A stretch of 63,833 nt of DNA, counting the filler, from Octopus bimaculoides (taxonomy: Eukaryota), in NCBI RefSeq assembly GCF_001194135.2. It is 9 parts of 8 records of this genome, joined end to end, with 100 filler letters (N's around TTAATTAATTAA, not from the genome) between each part and the next. Parts side by side here need not be neighbours in the genome. Positions count along the whole stretch, not along the records: positions 44,124 to 53,289 come from NC_068987.1; positions 53,390 to 55,414 come from NC_068985.1; positions 55,515 to 60,662 come from NC_069008.1; positions 60,763 to 62,576 come from NW_026367358.1; positions 62,677 to 63,833 come from NC_068983.1; 4 more parts are not named here. One strand, given 5' to 3'. Below the pieces are notes generated by a model, which saw nothing but the letters and a program-made list of their open reading frames with translations, searched no databases and was not told where the DNA came from. Every line of letters starts with the position of its first letter. Position 1 is the first letter of the stretch. The position numbers and the translations under genes are program-made. Of this stretch, positions 51,936 to 63,361 are shown one piece after another.

Positions 51936-52175
51936 AATAAAATGCTTTGAATGGCACAACAATGCACTATAATACAAACAATGGACTATAATTACTCTTG
52001 TAAGTTAATCATCCATAGTCTGATAAGATATTTCGGAATAAAAATTCTTAGGGATATCTGAAGAAGGAATTTTTATTCCGAAATATATCAGACTATGGAT
52101 GATTAAATTACAAGAGTTATTATAGTCCATTGTTTGTATTATAGTGCAGTGTTGTGTCATTCAAAACATTTTATT
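51936..52175. repeat. 240-bp inverted duplication (arms 112 and 109 bp, 19-nt spacer)
   Basis: 51936-52047 is the reverse complement of 52067-52175, with about 5 substitutions and one 3-nt indel. Confidence 0.95.
52053..52091 (+). ncRNA. Hammerhead-like core (second family) at the palindrome centre; stem I imperfect
   Basis: gatat CTGAAGA A GGAAT tttt ATTCC GAA AT AT a tcag. Confidence 0.45.
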
Positions 52176-52649
52176 CGTTATATATATATATTTGAAAACC
52201 CTACACGACTAGGTGAAAAGCGCTTTATTTAATATGTGACATTAATAAAAATCTGTAAATGTACAAACATCCAGATTTCTGAGTACCTTAATTTTTTTCT
52301 ATATAATTTATAATTTTTTTTCTATATAATTTCTGTACATCACCTCCAAACCTTCAAATATATATGCATATATATATATGTGTGTGAATATATATATATA
52401 TATATATANNNNNNNNNNNNNNNNNNNNNNNNNNNNNNNNNNNNNNNNNNNNNNNNNNNNNNNNNNNNNNNNNNNNNNNNNNNNNNNNNNNNNNNNNNNN
52501 NNNNNNNNNNNNNNNNNNNNNNNNNNNNNNNNNNNNNNNNNNNNNNNNNNNNNNNNNNNNNNNNNNNNNNNNNNNNNNNNNNNNNNNNNNNNNNNNNNNN
52601 NNNNNNNNNNNNNNNNNNNNNNNNNNNNNNNNNNNNNNNNNNNNNNNNN

Positions 52650-52690
<41 letters not shown>

Positions 52691-52693
<3 letters not shown>

Positions 52694-53190
52694 AATTTAG
52701 ATAAACATAGGTATGTTTCGACCAAAGACTGGTCCAGGCCATGTCTAACTTTTAGCGCCACCTGATAGGATTATCTACATTCTTTTTAAGCCAAGTAATG
52801 TGATATCATAATCCATTCAAGTAGGGAGTTCTTGTTGAATGAGTTGTATCCAGGTATAGGTGGCTTAGTTGGTATTCCTTGAAGAAATTTGCCCAGATTC
52901 CGTTTAAAGGTGATGGGATCCTTTTCCTCTTTGATCAGTTTTGGGACAATGTTAAATAGGGCAGATTCTGTTGAGGAAAAGATATTGTCTCGTTGTGAAC
53001 CTGAATTGGGCTGGGGACGTATGGCCCGTGGTTCTAGCCTTGGATGAACCATGAAGCTAATGTTCAGGTAGTTTGGGCAATGCTGGATGTATATTCTCCA
53101 CATCGTGCAAATGATGTACCAGTCGCGGCGGTGCTGGAGACAGTAGAGATTCAAGGCTTTAAAGCGGCCCCAGTAATGGAGATCAGTCAG
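52691..53190 (-). mobile_element. CR1/L2-group LINE 3' end
   Basis: LTDLHYWGRFKALNLYCLQHRRDWYIICTMWRI..ALFNIVPKLIKEEKDPITFKRNLGKFLQGIPTKPPIPGY..NSLLEW, then a short 3' UTR with stem-loop 52720-52734. Confidence 0.85.
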
Positions 53191-53227
53191 TCATATATAT
53201 ATGTATATGTGTGTGCGTGTGTGTGTG

Positions 53228-53289
<62 letters not shown>

Positions 53290-53404
53290 NNNNNNNNNNN
53301 NNNNNNNNNNNNNNNNNNNNNNNNNNNNNNNNNTTAATTAATTAANNNNNNNNNNNNNNNNNNNNNNNNNNNNNNNNNNNNNNNNNNNNTATATATATAT
53401 ATAT

Positions 53405-53436
<32 letters not shown>

Positions 53437-53467
53437 GTATATGTATGTATGTATGTATGTGTGTATA

Positions 53468-53676
53468 TGTTTGTCCCCCTCACACATCTCTTGACAACCG
53501 ATGTTGGTGTGTTTACGTCCCCGTAACCTAGCGGTTCGACGAAAGGGTCCGCTAGAATAAGTACTAGGCATCCAAAGCATAAGTCCTGGGGTCGATTTGC
53601 TCGACTAAAGGCAGTACTCCAGCATGGCTGCAGTCAAATAACTGAAACAAGTAAAAGAGTAAAAGAGTAAAGAGTA
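53468..53676 (+). mobile_element. SINE A tail
   Basis: Ends gaaacaagtaaaagagtaaaagagtaaagagta. Confidence 0.9.
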
Positions 53677-53677
53677 C

Positions 53678-53830
53678 GAGGATGGTTGGTTGGGAAACAC
53701 GTTAGCATACCAGACAAAATTGCTTAGCGGTATCCCGAGAGGATGAAAAGCAATGTCGACTTCGGCAGAATTTGAACTCAGAACGTAAAAACGGACGAAA
53801 TCAAGGTAATCCTAGTCACTGGGTATCGAG
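53678..53830 (+). mobile_element. SINE B with an internal 68-bp inversion
   Basis: Head on the plus strand to 53733; 53734-53801 is the next SINE B segment in reverse complement. Confidence 0.75.
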
Positions 53831-55281
53831 TATTTTGATGAAACTGCCTTTAGCTAGATACCTGGCAAATCATGGTCAAGGCATATAATTCTTGACACTG
53901 ATCCGGGTTCCAGGTAAAAATTGATGTGAATAGATATTAGGATCTTTTTTAGCCTTTCCTGAAATCGATGGTTCTTTGTCTGACGAGTACAACCCTACAG
54001 TAGCGTTAAACTGACAGGTTCACGAGCCGGAAAATGTTTGACAGACCATGGGAAAGAATGACGCTCCTGTTAGATTCATTCTACAGTACTATTTTATGAC
54101 GCAACAAGTGCAAGGATGAATTTCTATCACTAAAACATGTTTAAATCTTTCAAAGTATCGTTCGCACCACCTTAGATAGAATGTAGCCGTGCCTTCAACT
54201 TCTATTTTTTTTTTAGTTTCTTTTTAACACTGCGCTATTTAAAAGTAACACTTTCATATATAAATTCACTTTAAACGGAATGAAGACATTGGTAGGGTTC
54301 TTACGGTGCTCTTGATCAAAATTTGCCAACAAAATTTCCTAATTCTCCTTGAAACTAATTTCCAAATACCATGATAGAGAAAACTAGAATTTGTAGAGAT
54401 TTTGCTTGTGTATTCTTCTAACTACAGAATGGTTTGGTACAAACAAATATATTGCGTCGTAATACTACAATTATACTTTTTTCTCCTTTCGCCTTCCGAA
54501 AAACAAATCTAAAGAATACTCTATGAACAACTCAAAAAGGAAGGTATTAAAGCAATATGTGGATGTTTCGAGTAATTATTTTGTAGCGCTTGAAATATAT
54601 CGTTGCTATTATGCAAAAGTGTCGTAAGTCCAAGACGATGCTTTTTCAGAAAACGAAAAAATAGTTTCACAAAATTCCATTACTTTTTACATTAGCAATA
54701 GTTTCTACTTTGACAATAATATTTTGTTGGGTGCATAAAATCGTAACTTCATGCATGTATGATATTTTCAGTCAGGGATATTTTTTCAAAACTGTTGTAT
54801 GTGGAACTTACTACTCTTTTGAAAATGCTAAACCGTTGTACTACACTTGACATTTTCATATCTTGGCATATGAAGTAGCTGGAGATACGATAGTTTGACC
54901 AGAAGAACCGACTATTGCAAGCAAAAGAAAAACGTATTTGGCCATATTTGAACATACAACAGTTTAACATAATAACAACGATATATATATATATAAAACA
55001 ATAAATGAGTATATGCATATATACGTACAAGTATGTGCATACCTGCATCTACCTGTATATATAGGTGCATATCTGGGTACAGGACATTGCAAACAAAACG
55101 TAGACAAAAAAATAATAGTAACTAGAGTACAAAAAACACACAGGCCACATAGAGAACATTTTCCTTCATCAGCTACCCCCATTCTAACACAAGCGTTTAT
55201 ATGTATGTATGAAAGTGTTACTCTTAAGTAGCACAGTGCTAAAAAGAAATTAAGAAAAAAACAAGTTAAAGGCACAGCTAC

Positions 55282-55350
55282 ATTCTAAAGGCGGTGGTCC
55301 AGCATGGCCGGAGTCAAATGACTGAAGCAAATAAAAGAATAACAGAAAAA
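55282..55350 (+). mobile_element. SINE A extreme 3' fragment
   Basis: ctaaaggcggtggtccagcatggccggagtcaaatgactgaagcaaataaaagaataa. Confidence 0.8.
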
Positions 55351-55607
55351 AGAATATATATATGTGTATGTATGTATATATATGTGTGTATGTATATATA
55401 TATATATATATATANNNNNNNNNNNNNNNNNNNNNNNNNNNNNNNNNNNNNNNNNNNNTTAATTAATTAANNNNNNNNNNNNNNNNNNNNNNNNNNNNNN
55501 NNNNNNNNNNNNNNATATATATATGTGTGTGTGTATATACACAGACACACACACATGTATGTTTCTATGTATGCATTTACACATAATATATATATATATA
55601 TATATAT

Positions 55608-55765
55608 ATCATCATCGTCATCATCGTTTAACGTCTGCTTTCCATGCTAGCATGGGTTGAACGATTTGACTGAGGACTGGCAAGCCAGAAGGCTGCACCA
55701 GGCTCCGATCTGATCTGGCAGAGTTTCTACAGCTGGATGCCCTTCCTAACGTCAACCACTTTGAG
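55608..55765 (-). mobile_element. 5'-truncated SINE with an RTE-type tail and (GAT)n
   Basis: Minus strand: gttgacgttaggaagggcatccagctgtagaaac (Meta-domain-like, from memory)..acccatgctagcatggaaagcagacgttaaacgatgatgac. Confidence 0.7.
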
Positions 55766-56063
55766 ATAATAATAATAATAATAGATGCCAAAATGAATTT
55801 CTGTGTGTCAGTGTGTCACTCCCTTACTATTCAATGACATTTCTACTATTGTTGATGTTGGGGTGAGAGTAATAGTAGGCATATAGATGGCGAGAGCGAT
55901 AGTAGATTGATGGTTGTGATGGTGATGGGGTGAAAGTAATAGTATGGGCCGTAGTTGTGATAGAGGTGGAGGTGACAGTGGTGGTGGTGGTAGCGGTTTT
56001 AATCATGCATGACAGTAATAGTAAGCAATGTGAAAGACAGTGATGATGGTGATGGAGGGGAAT

Positions 56064-56320
56064 GTGGTGAAGTCAAAGGTATTGATGATGGTGGCGTCAG
56101 AATTCTGAATGATGTGTGTATGACAGTTGTGGTGATGGTGATGGCGGGGAAGGTGGTGAAGTCAAAGGTATTGATGATGGNNNNNNNNNNTCAGAATTCT
56201 GAATGATGTGTGTATGACAGTTGTGGTGATGGTGATGGCGGGGAAGGTGGTGAAGTCAAAGGTATTGATGATGGTGGCGTCAGAATTCTGAATGATGTGT
56301 GTATGACACTGGTGGTGACG
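56064..56320 (+). repeat. ~90-bp tandem repeat across a 10-N gap
   Basis: tcagaattctgaatgatgtgtgtatgac occurs three times; the units flanking the gap are identical. Confidence 0.8.
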
Positions 56321-56461
56321 GTGTTCAGGGTACTGGTGATGCTGATGGTTGAAAACAATCAACAGGAAGAGTGAGAGAGAAAAGAAGAGGTTAGGTACAA
56401 TAAAAAATTGGACTTGACCCCTGAATGGGAAGACCATGATATATGTGTGTGTGTGTATACA

Positions 56462-56550
56462 TCTTAGACAAGTATCTTCTATTATAGCCCTAGGCAAAAA
56501 CCCCTGTGAGTTAGTGAATGTGGTAAACTGAAAGAAGCCTGTCATATATA
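56462..56550 (+). mobile_element. SINE A body fragment
   Basis: caagtatcttctattatagccc..gtaaactgaaagaagcctgtcatat. Confidence 0.7.
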
Positions 56551-56554
56551 GATA

Positions 56555-56611
<57 letters not shown>

Positions 56612-57121
56612 NNNNNNNNNNNNNNNNNNNNNNNNNNNNNNNNNNNNNNNNNNNNNNNNNNNNNNNNNNNNNNNNNNNNNNNNNNNNNNNNNNNNNNNNN
56701 NNNNNNNNNNNNNNNNNNNNNNNNNNNNNNNNNNNNNNNNNNNNNNNNNNNNNNNNNNNNNNNNNNNNNNNNNNNNNNNNNNNNNNNNNNNNNNNNNNNN
56801 NNNNNNNNNNNNNNNNNNNNNNNNNNNNNNNNNNNNNNNNNNNNNNNNNNNNNNNNNNNNNNNNNNNNNNNNNNNNNNNNNNNNNNNNNNNNNNNNNNNN
56901 NNNNNNNNNNNNNNNNNNNNNNNNNNNNNNNNNNNNNNNNNNNNNNNNNNNNNNNNNNNNNNNNNNNNNNNNNNNNNNNNNNNNNNNNNNNNNNNNNNNN
57001 NNNNNNNNNNNNNNNNNNNNNNNNNNNNNNNNNNNNNNNNNNNNNNNNNNNNNNNNNNNNNNNNAGAGAGAGAGAGAGAGAGAGATACATAGACAGATAG
57101 ATACATAGATAGATAGATCGA

Positions 57122-57310
57122 TAGTGAGAATTTACAAAAAAACAAGGATGAAGACAAGTGTGTGAACAACAAACAGATGTATTAGTTTAACGCTTGGGAA
57201 GGTGAGAAAGTCTTTTACGTTTCGAGCCTACGCTCTTCGTCAGAAAGGAACACAGAAATAAACGGGGAGAGAAAATAGAAAAAAGGTTTAGTGGCTAGCG
57301 ATCTATCATA
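57122..57310 (-). mobile_element. Penelope-like terminal-repeat fragment carrying an intact hammerhead core
   Basis: Colinear with 4968, 21198 and 45363; flanked by (AGAT)n on both sides. Confidence 0.8.
57212..57247 (-). ncRNA. Minimal type I hammerhead ribozyme, dimer-type (palindromic stem III)
   Basis: RNA: CUUU-CUGACGA-A-GAGC(GUAG)GCUC-GAA-AC/GU-A|AAAG. Stem I CUUU/AAAG, stem II 4 bp, loop-less ACGU stem III. Predicted cleavage after GUA (between 57216 and 57215). Confidence 0.75.
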
Positions 57311-57679
57311 GATAGATAGATAGAGACACACAGACAGACAGATATATGTACAATCAAACACACAAACATGTACATTAAACACAGACATATATATATCCAC
57401 TGAAAAGTTTGCAAGCATGGTAGTAAACGAAATAACAACATGCTACAGGTAAGGTGGAAGACAAATCCAAGTTCACCATTTCAAATACAACAGTAGAATA
57501 CAATATTATTTTGTAGAGAAATATATAAAACATACTTGGAGTAAGACTTCGCCTCAGCCAACGACACACACAGCAAAATTAAGAGGGCTTTCATAATGCA
57601 GACTTGTCCTCTGTGATAAAAAAGAAACTAGTGTTACACTTAACTAACATATATATATATATATTTATGTATGTATATA

Positions 57680-57687
57680 TATATATT

Positions 57688-57778
<91 letters not shown>
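57680..57778. repeat. (TA)n microsatellite
   Basis: Direct reading. Confidence 0.95.
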
Positions 57779-57780
<2 letters not shown>

Positions 57781-57894
57781 ATATATGTGTGTGTATGTAT
57801 GTGTGCATATGTCTTTTGTTTATTTTCTCACACCTGTTGTCTCTCAATGCATTATCTTACCAAAGAGGATTAAAACTTGCCCAAAACTTACACA

Positions 57895-58278
57895 TACTCT
57901 TTTACTTGTTTCAGTCATTTGACTGCGGCCATGCTGGAGCACTGCCTTTAGTCGAGCAAATCGACCCCAGGACTTATTCTTCGTAAGCCTAGTACTTATT
58001 CTATCGATCTCTTTTTGCCGAACCGCTAAGTTACGGGGATGTAAACACACCAGCATCGGTTGTCAAGCGATGGTGGGGGGGACAAACACACATATATGTA
58101 TATATACATATATACAACAGGCTTCTTTCAGTTTCCATCTATCAAATCCACTCACAAGGCTTTGGTCGGCCCGAGGCTATAGAAGAAGACGCTTGCCCAA
58201 GGTGCCACGCAGTGGGACTGAACCCAGAACCATGTGGTTGGTAAGCAAGCTACTTACCACACAGCCACTCCTGCGCCT
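57895..58278 (-). mobile_element. Full-length SINE A
   Basis: Minus strand runs from taggcgcaggagtggctgtgtggtaagtagc to gaaacaagtaaaagagta. Confidence 0.92.
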
Positions 58279-58787
58279 ACATATATACACATGTGCACAT
58301 ACACACACACATATATAAATGTAGCACCATATAAAATTTTCCTGATCAGAGAAACGATATTGACCCCAGCACAAACCATAAAAATAATCTATAATATAAA
58401 TCCCGTTGTGTGTGTATGTATGTATGTATGTGTGTGTGTGTGTGTATAAAACATTATAGCAGCCATAGTTTTCAACTGATTTTCTCCAAACTGGGAACGT
58501 AAATAACTTAGGTTCCAAAGATGGTTTTAGACTCTTAAAATTTTTCCCGTAATGAGTAACAGCCCCCTGGGAATAGTAATCACCTATTCCTTGGCTACGT
58601 GGAGAAGGGTGGTTACTCTCTGCGAAGTAACTTTAAGAAATTGTCTCCCTTACATCCATTGGTCATAAAAAAATATTGCTTCTTATATTACACTACCAGA
58701 GATACCCAACCTTGCTTGGAATTTAAATAGCATAATTATATATATGTATGAGCTAACCATAAAAATTCATACATGAGAATTAGATCT

Positions 58788-59350
58788 GGACCAATGATCT
58801 TAAAGTCTGAGGTGGACCATGTTATCAAGAAAATAAGAACGGTAAGACACCAGTAACAAATACAATAACATTTGAGATGTTAGATGGACTAGATAATGGT
58901 ATTGACAATTTCATAGACTATTTCCAATGGCATCCATGATATCTATGACTCTGGATACCTCACTAAATATTTCATAACATCGGTGTTTATCACCCTGCTG
59001 AAAGAAACCTATGGCTACTAAGTGCAGGGATATCAGAACTACTAGCCTTCTGTCTCATACTCTTAAAATGTATTTTATAATTATACTATGAAAAATAAAA
59101 AGGAAAAAAATATATGCTGAAGTCAGTGAAGAGCAGATTAGATTTAAGGCCAAAAGCAGTACAAGTGATGCCATATTTTGCTTCAAGAGGTTAGCACAAA
59201 GGCAAATGCAATTATGGAAACGTTTTGCTTGCTGCATAGATTATACCAAGGTATTTGACTGCTTACACCATGGAGCTCATCACCTTAGAAAAAGCTGGCT
59301 TCGAAGGAAGGGACACCTGAATCCTCTGTGTGTTATATTGGAGCCCATAA
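58788..59350 (+). mobile_element. RTE-clade LINE reverse-transcriptase fragment (domains 0-3), decayed
   Basis: GPMILKSEVDHVIK..DIYDSGY..SVFITLL..ATKCRDIRTTSLLSHTLK..EVSEEQIRFKAKSSTSDAIFCF..CIDYTKVFDCLHH..LEKAGFEGRD..LYW. Confidence 0.9.
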
Positions 59351-60934
59351 TTGCCAATGGTACCTTCTCGAGAAACTGTATGTATTGAAATAAGTTTACA
59401 GTGTTCATCAATGGGTAAAACTAACTCTTCTGTTATAAAAAAAAAAGGGGGCTGATAATTAACTTCAAACCTTTTGCTTTGAATGCCTCGGAGAGGGGAC
59501 CTTAACCTTATAATGCATACACATAAATGAAGGGTAGAAAATGTGTGGTTGCTGTTGGATAATGTACTGAACACCAGTAGTGACTACCATTGCAACAACA
59601 CCAACAATAACAATGACAACAATAACAACAACAAGAGTTTCTACCTAAATAAATATCACCACCCACATACATACACACCTACACAAACACACAGATATGT
59701 ATTGTCACTCAGCTTCTGCCTCACACCACACCCCTTCCTCTTCTCTCGTACATTTGACCTGTGGGTAACACAACAGTTGGTTATCAACTTTCTGATAACA
59801 CAGGTCTATCATAATTAATAATTATGTGAATATTAATTATACACACACACACATACGTGAACCATCTTGTTTTTACCAGCTTGGCAAATGGTGAAATAAA
59901 TTAATATTTTGGCCCAGAAAGCCTGGGTAATTGTATTTCAATTGTCTTTTTGTGGCTTTTATAGTTATATATATATATATATAAAACATTTTATTCACAC
60001 TTTCAGCACTTTCTTATAGAATTTAAGAATCTAGAGCATTTTGCAAGGACCAACAACAATGTGGTAAAAAGGTTTTAGCAAAGGTTTCCGACCGTCTTTA
60101 ACAGGATCATTATATAATGGTCATCTAAGTGGAGCTAGCTCTTTCTGAACCCTGAAGAAGTTCAACCATAAAATAGTTTGAGTGTAGCAACTTCCTTGGC
60201 ATTAAACAACATGTTCTGGAGATTCCCATCTGCTTATTGGTTTGACAGAAACATATATGTCGGTTCCTCTTACATCTTTTGCTGAACTTTTTTGAGCTTG
60301 ACACAATTAGACAACAATCCTACAAAAGACAGAATTAAATGTGCTTATGTTTGTAAGCATGAGTGTCGATAATTTAAAAATATAATAAAAATGAAAGATT
60401 CAAATAAATAAAATAAATAAAGACTAATATAATGGTCATAAGAATACTAATCTAAAAATATTTCTAGCCATTTTTATATAAAAAAAAAATCTAAAAAATA
60501 TCTATGGGAATGATTGTGTGAGAGTCAGCACACAAGGCTGGAGATAAGTAGAGAGATATGTATATGTGTGTATATATATATGTATGTATGTGTATATATA
60601 TATATATAAGAGTGTGCATATGCATGTATGCTTTGCTATATGTATGTGCAAGTCCAAGTGGTNNNNNNNNNNNNNNNNNNNNNNNNNNNNNNNNNNNNNN
60701 NNNNNNTTAATTAATTAANNNNNNNNNNNNNNNNNNNNNNNNNNNNNNNNNNNNNNNNNNNNGGATCGAGGTGTAGGAAGAAAGTGAGCTTTAAGCAATC
60801 TGTAGAAAATATAAAAAATAAACAAACTTTCAGGAATAATAGTGGTTTATTGGAGCGAAAGGGTGTGGATAAGCTGAAAAAAATTAGTAGGCAGCGATGA
60901 CTGCCAAGTATGCGAATTGAAATCTAAGAGTTAA

Positions 60935-61232
60935 GGAATGGAGTAGATAAAATCCGAGCTACATATGTTTCATGGCGAGTGGAACCTTGGAAGTGGTAAA
61001 TATCCAAGAGAGGTGAATACCGCAGGTGCCTCTTAAGGCCAAGGGAATCTTGATTGAATGAAGTTTGCATAGTCGCTAGGAGGTCCATGTTAACACGCAC
61101 AAAAATTCGATCAGGATTCGCTTGGCCTGAAGAGTAGCCCGCAGTATACACCGCGCTTGGGTATTTACCACTTCCAAGGTTCCGCTCGCTACGAAACAAC
61201 ATACGTAGCCCGGATTTTACCTATTCCATTCC
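60935..61232. mobile_element. Fold-back MITE with TTAA TSD (Kolobok-like), 298 bp
   Basis: TTAA at 60931-34 and 61233-36. Termini GGAATGG and CCATTCC. Arms 60935-61059 and 61105-61232 are inverted repeats around a 45-bp spacer. Confidence 0.85.
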
Positions 61233-61530
61233 TTAATTTTATATATGTGTATGTGTGTGTGTGTGTGTGTTTGTATATACATAAATACAAACACACACAT
61301 ATACATATATATATACATCTTTCTCTCTCTCTCTCTCTCACTCTGAATATATATNNNNNNNNNNNNNNNNNNNNNNNNNNNNNNNNNNNNNNNNNNNNNN
61401 NNNNNNNNNNNNNNNNNNNNNNNNNNNNNNNNNNNNNNNNNNNNNNNNNNNNNNNNNNNNNNNNNNNNNNNNNNNNNNNNNNNNNNNNNNNNNNNNNNNN
61501 NNNNNNNNNNNNNNNNNNNNNNNNNNNNNN

Positions 61531-61815
61531 AAGGGGTCTTAGAACCATCCAAAGAAATGGAAATTTTGGGCATATTTTAAAATTTATTTCTAATACCTAG
61601 GGTTCAAATTTCATGAAAATCCGAAGCATATGAATTTTCACGGGGGAAGTTCTGCCCCGTTTTATGCCCCATCAAAATTGTATGAAACATACAGCATTAC
61701 CCTTCTCCCTAGGCTTGGATTTTGTGTTCCAAATTTCATTAGGATTAGTCCAGTTTTCGTGTCTATAACTAACACACGAGCACATGAATATACAGACATT
61801 GACTTTTATATAATG
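61531..61815 (+). mobile_element. Possible non-autonomous Helitron/Helentron-like repeat
   Basis: Two caaatttcat modules and the end ..acagacattgacttttatata resemble DINE-1/Lep1-type elements (from memory). The left end is in a gap. Confidence 0.4.
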
Positions 61816-61973
61816 TCTGTATATATATATATATAAGATATACATATACAATAATCCTTTTGAGATCTCAGAAAATTTTTTCTGAATCTTCTGATTCTTT
61901 TAATGTACTGGTTTCCTGGTATTAAATTGACATTAATTGATATCAAATTTTTAACCCTATTATTTTAATTAAT

Positions 61974-62036
<63 letters not shown>

Positions 62037-62346
62037 GCTTGTAAGTCTCTATGTATATGCATAACATATGTATCTACGTATGTATAAAAGTAGATATGAC
62101 TGCGTATATGAACGACAAACCCACGTCAGATTCAAGCGGTTTTAGTTTACAAACTTTTTCTCAGTCGGAATTCTGTCACGTTTTATGCTTGGTCGCCACA
62201 GTCATCTCAAGTATTTCCTCTCTTAAATTTGTTGCAATGTTGCCGAACCTCTTTTAGCTTGGCAATCTCTGCTGTATTAGCATCGTCTGAACCTATTTTT
62301 CCTTGGTCTGACGAAAACCAAAGAAAACAGGCCGAACACAATGGAA

Positions 62347-62470
62347 GACCGATAGAATAAGTACCAGGCTTACAAAGACTAAGTCCTGGGGTCGATTTGT
62401 TCGACTAAAGGCGGTGCTCCAGCATGGCCGCAGTCAAATGACTGAAACAAGTAAAAGAGTACAGGAGTAA
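62347..62470 (+). mobile_element. SINE A 3' fragment
   Basis: gaccgatagaataagtaccaggcttacaaag..gactgaaacaagtaaaagagta. Confidence 0.9.
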
Positions 62471-63116
62471 ATGCAGTCGAATGATTTGAACAGAAAAAGA
62501 GAAGAGAGATGGAAACAAAAAAAAAGCAAACAAACCTTACATACAAGCCTGTATGTATATACGTATATATATATATNNNNNNNNNNNNNNNNNNNNNNNN
62601 NNNNNNNNNNNNNNNNNNNNTTAATTAATTAANNNNNNNNNNNNNNNNNNNNNNNNNNNNNNNNNNNNNNNNNNNNATATATATATATATATATATATAT
62701 AAATACATATATACATCTATACATATATATACACACACATACATACGTACGTACGTACGTACGTACATACAAACGTACATACATACAACATACGTACGTA
62801 CATACATACATACATACATACATGCTTGTATGTATGGTATGTATGTGTGTATGTACGTATATATGTATGCTCGTAGGAAGTTGAAAGTAATCGTAGACGT
62901 AAAATAAATGCGTTAATTTTTATTTATTACTTGATTTATTTATTCATTCATTCGGAAACAAAATGAAAAAAACTCCATAATAGATAGATGGAACCTAGTT
63001 AGCAGACTGTCTGACAAAGAGCAATAAAATTGTCGTGCACAAAACAGCGATAAAAATACGTCTTAAGATTACAAAAGAAAAAATGAAATAGAATAAAATA
63101 AATAAATAAATAAATA

Positions 63117-63118
<2 letters not shown>

Positions 63119-63185
<67 letters not shown>
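63119..63185. repeat. (GAAA)n microsatellite
   Basis: Direct reading. Confidence 0.95.
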
Positions 63186-63187
<2 letters not shown>

Positions 63188-63361
63188 GAACTGCTTATTG
63201 GTTTATTGCGAAAATTGTTTCGGGTTATGTCTGAAAAAATCTTGGTGATTTTCAGAAGTAAATGAGAACACAAGTTCAGCATCTCAAAGATCACAGAATC
63301 ATCAGCACCAATAAATTCAGATCTCTTTTGTATATAACTTACGAAATATTCTAGTGAATCT

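Noticed and set aside
52715-52740. GACCA/TGGTC hairpin followed by GAAAC on the minus strand
   Set aside because: It lacks CUGANGA and is better explained as the LINE 3' UTR stem-loop.
55140-55178. Minus-strand CUGAUGA-A-GGAA-AAUG-UUCU hammerhead-like start
   Set aside because: No GAAA follows stem II.
56064-56320. 90-bp tandem repeat as a CRISPR-like or coding array
   Set aside because: There are no unique spacers. Identical units flank a 10-N gap, so one unit may be an unmerged contig overlap.
58553-58615. Twister ribozyme (UAAC..GUGGAG resemblance)
   Set aside because: P2, P4 and both pseudoknots cannot be formed.
62300-62345. CTGACGA..GGCCGAAC hammerhead-like motif
   Set aside because: Stem II does not pair, the motif has GAAC instead of GAAA, and there is no stem I or III.
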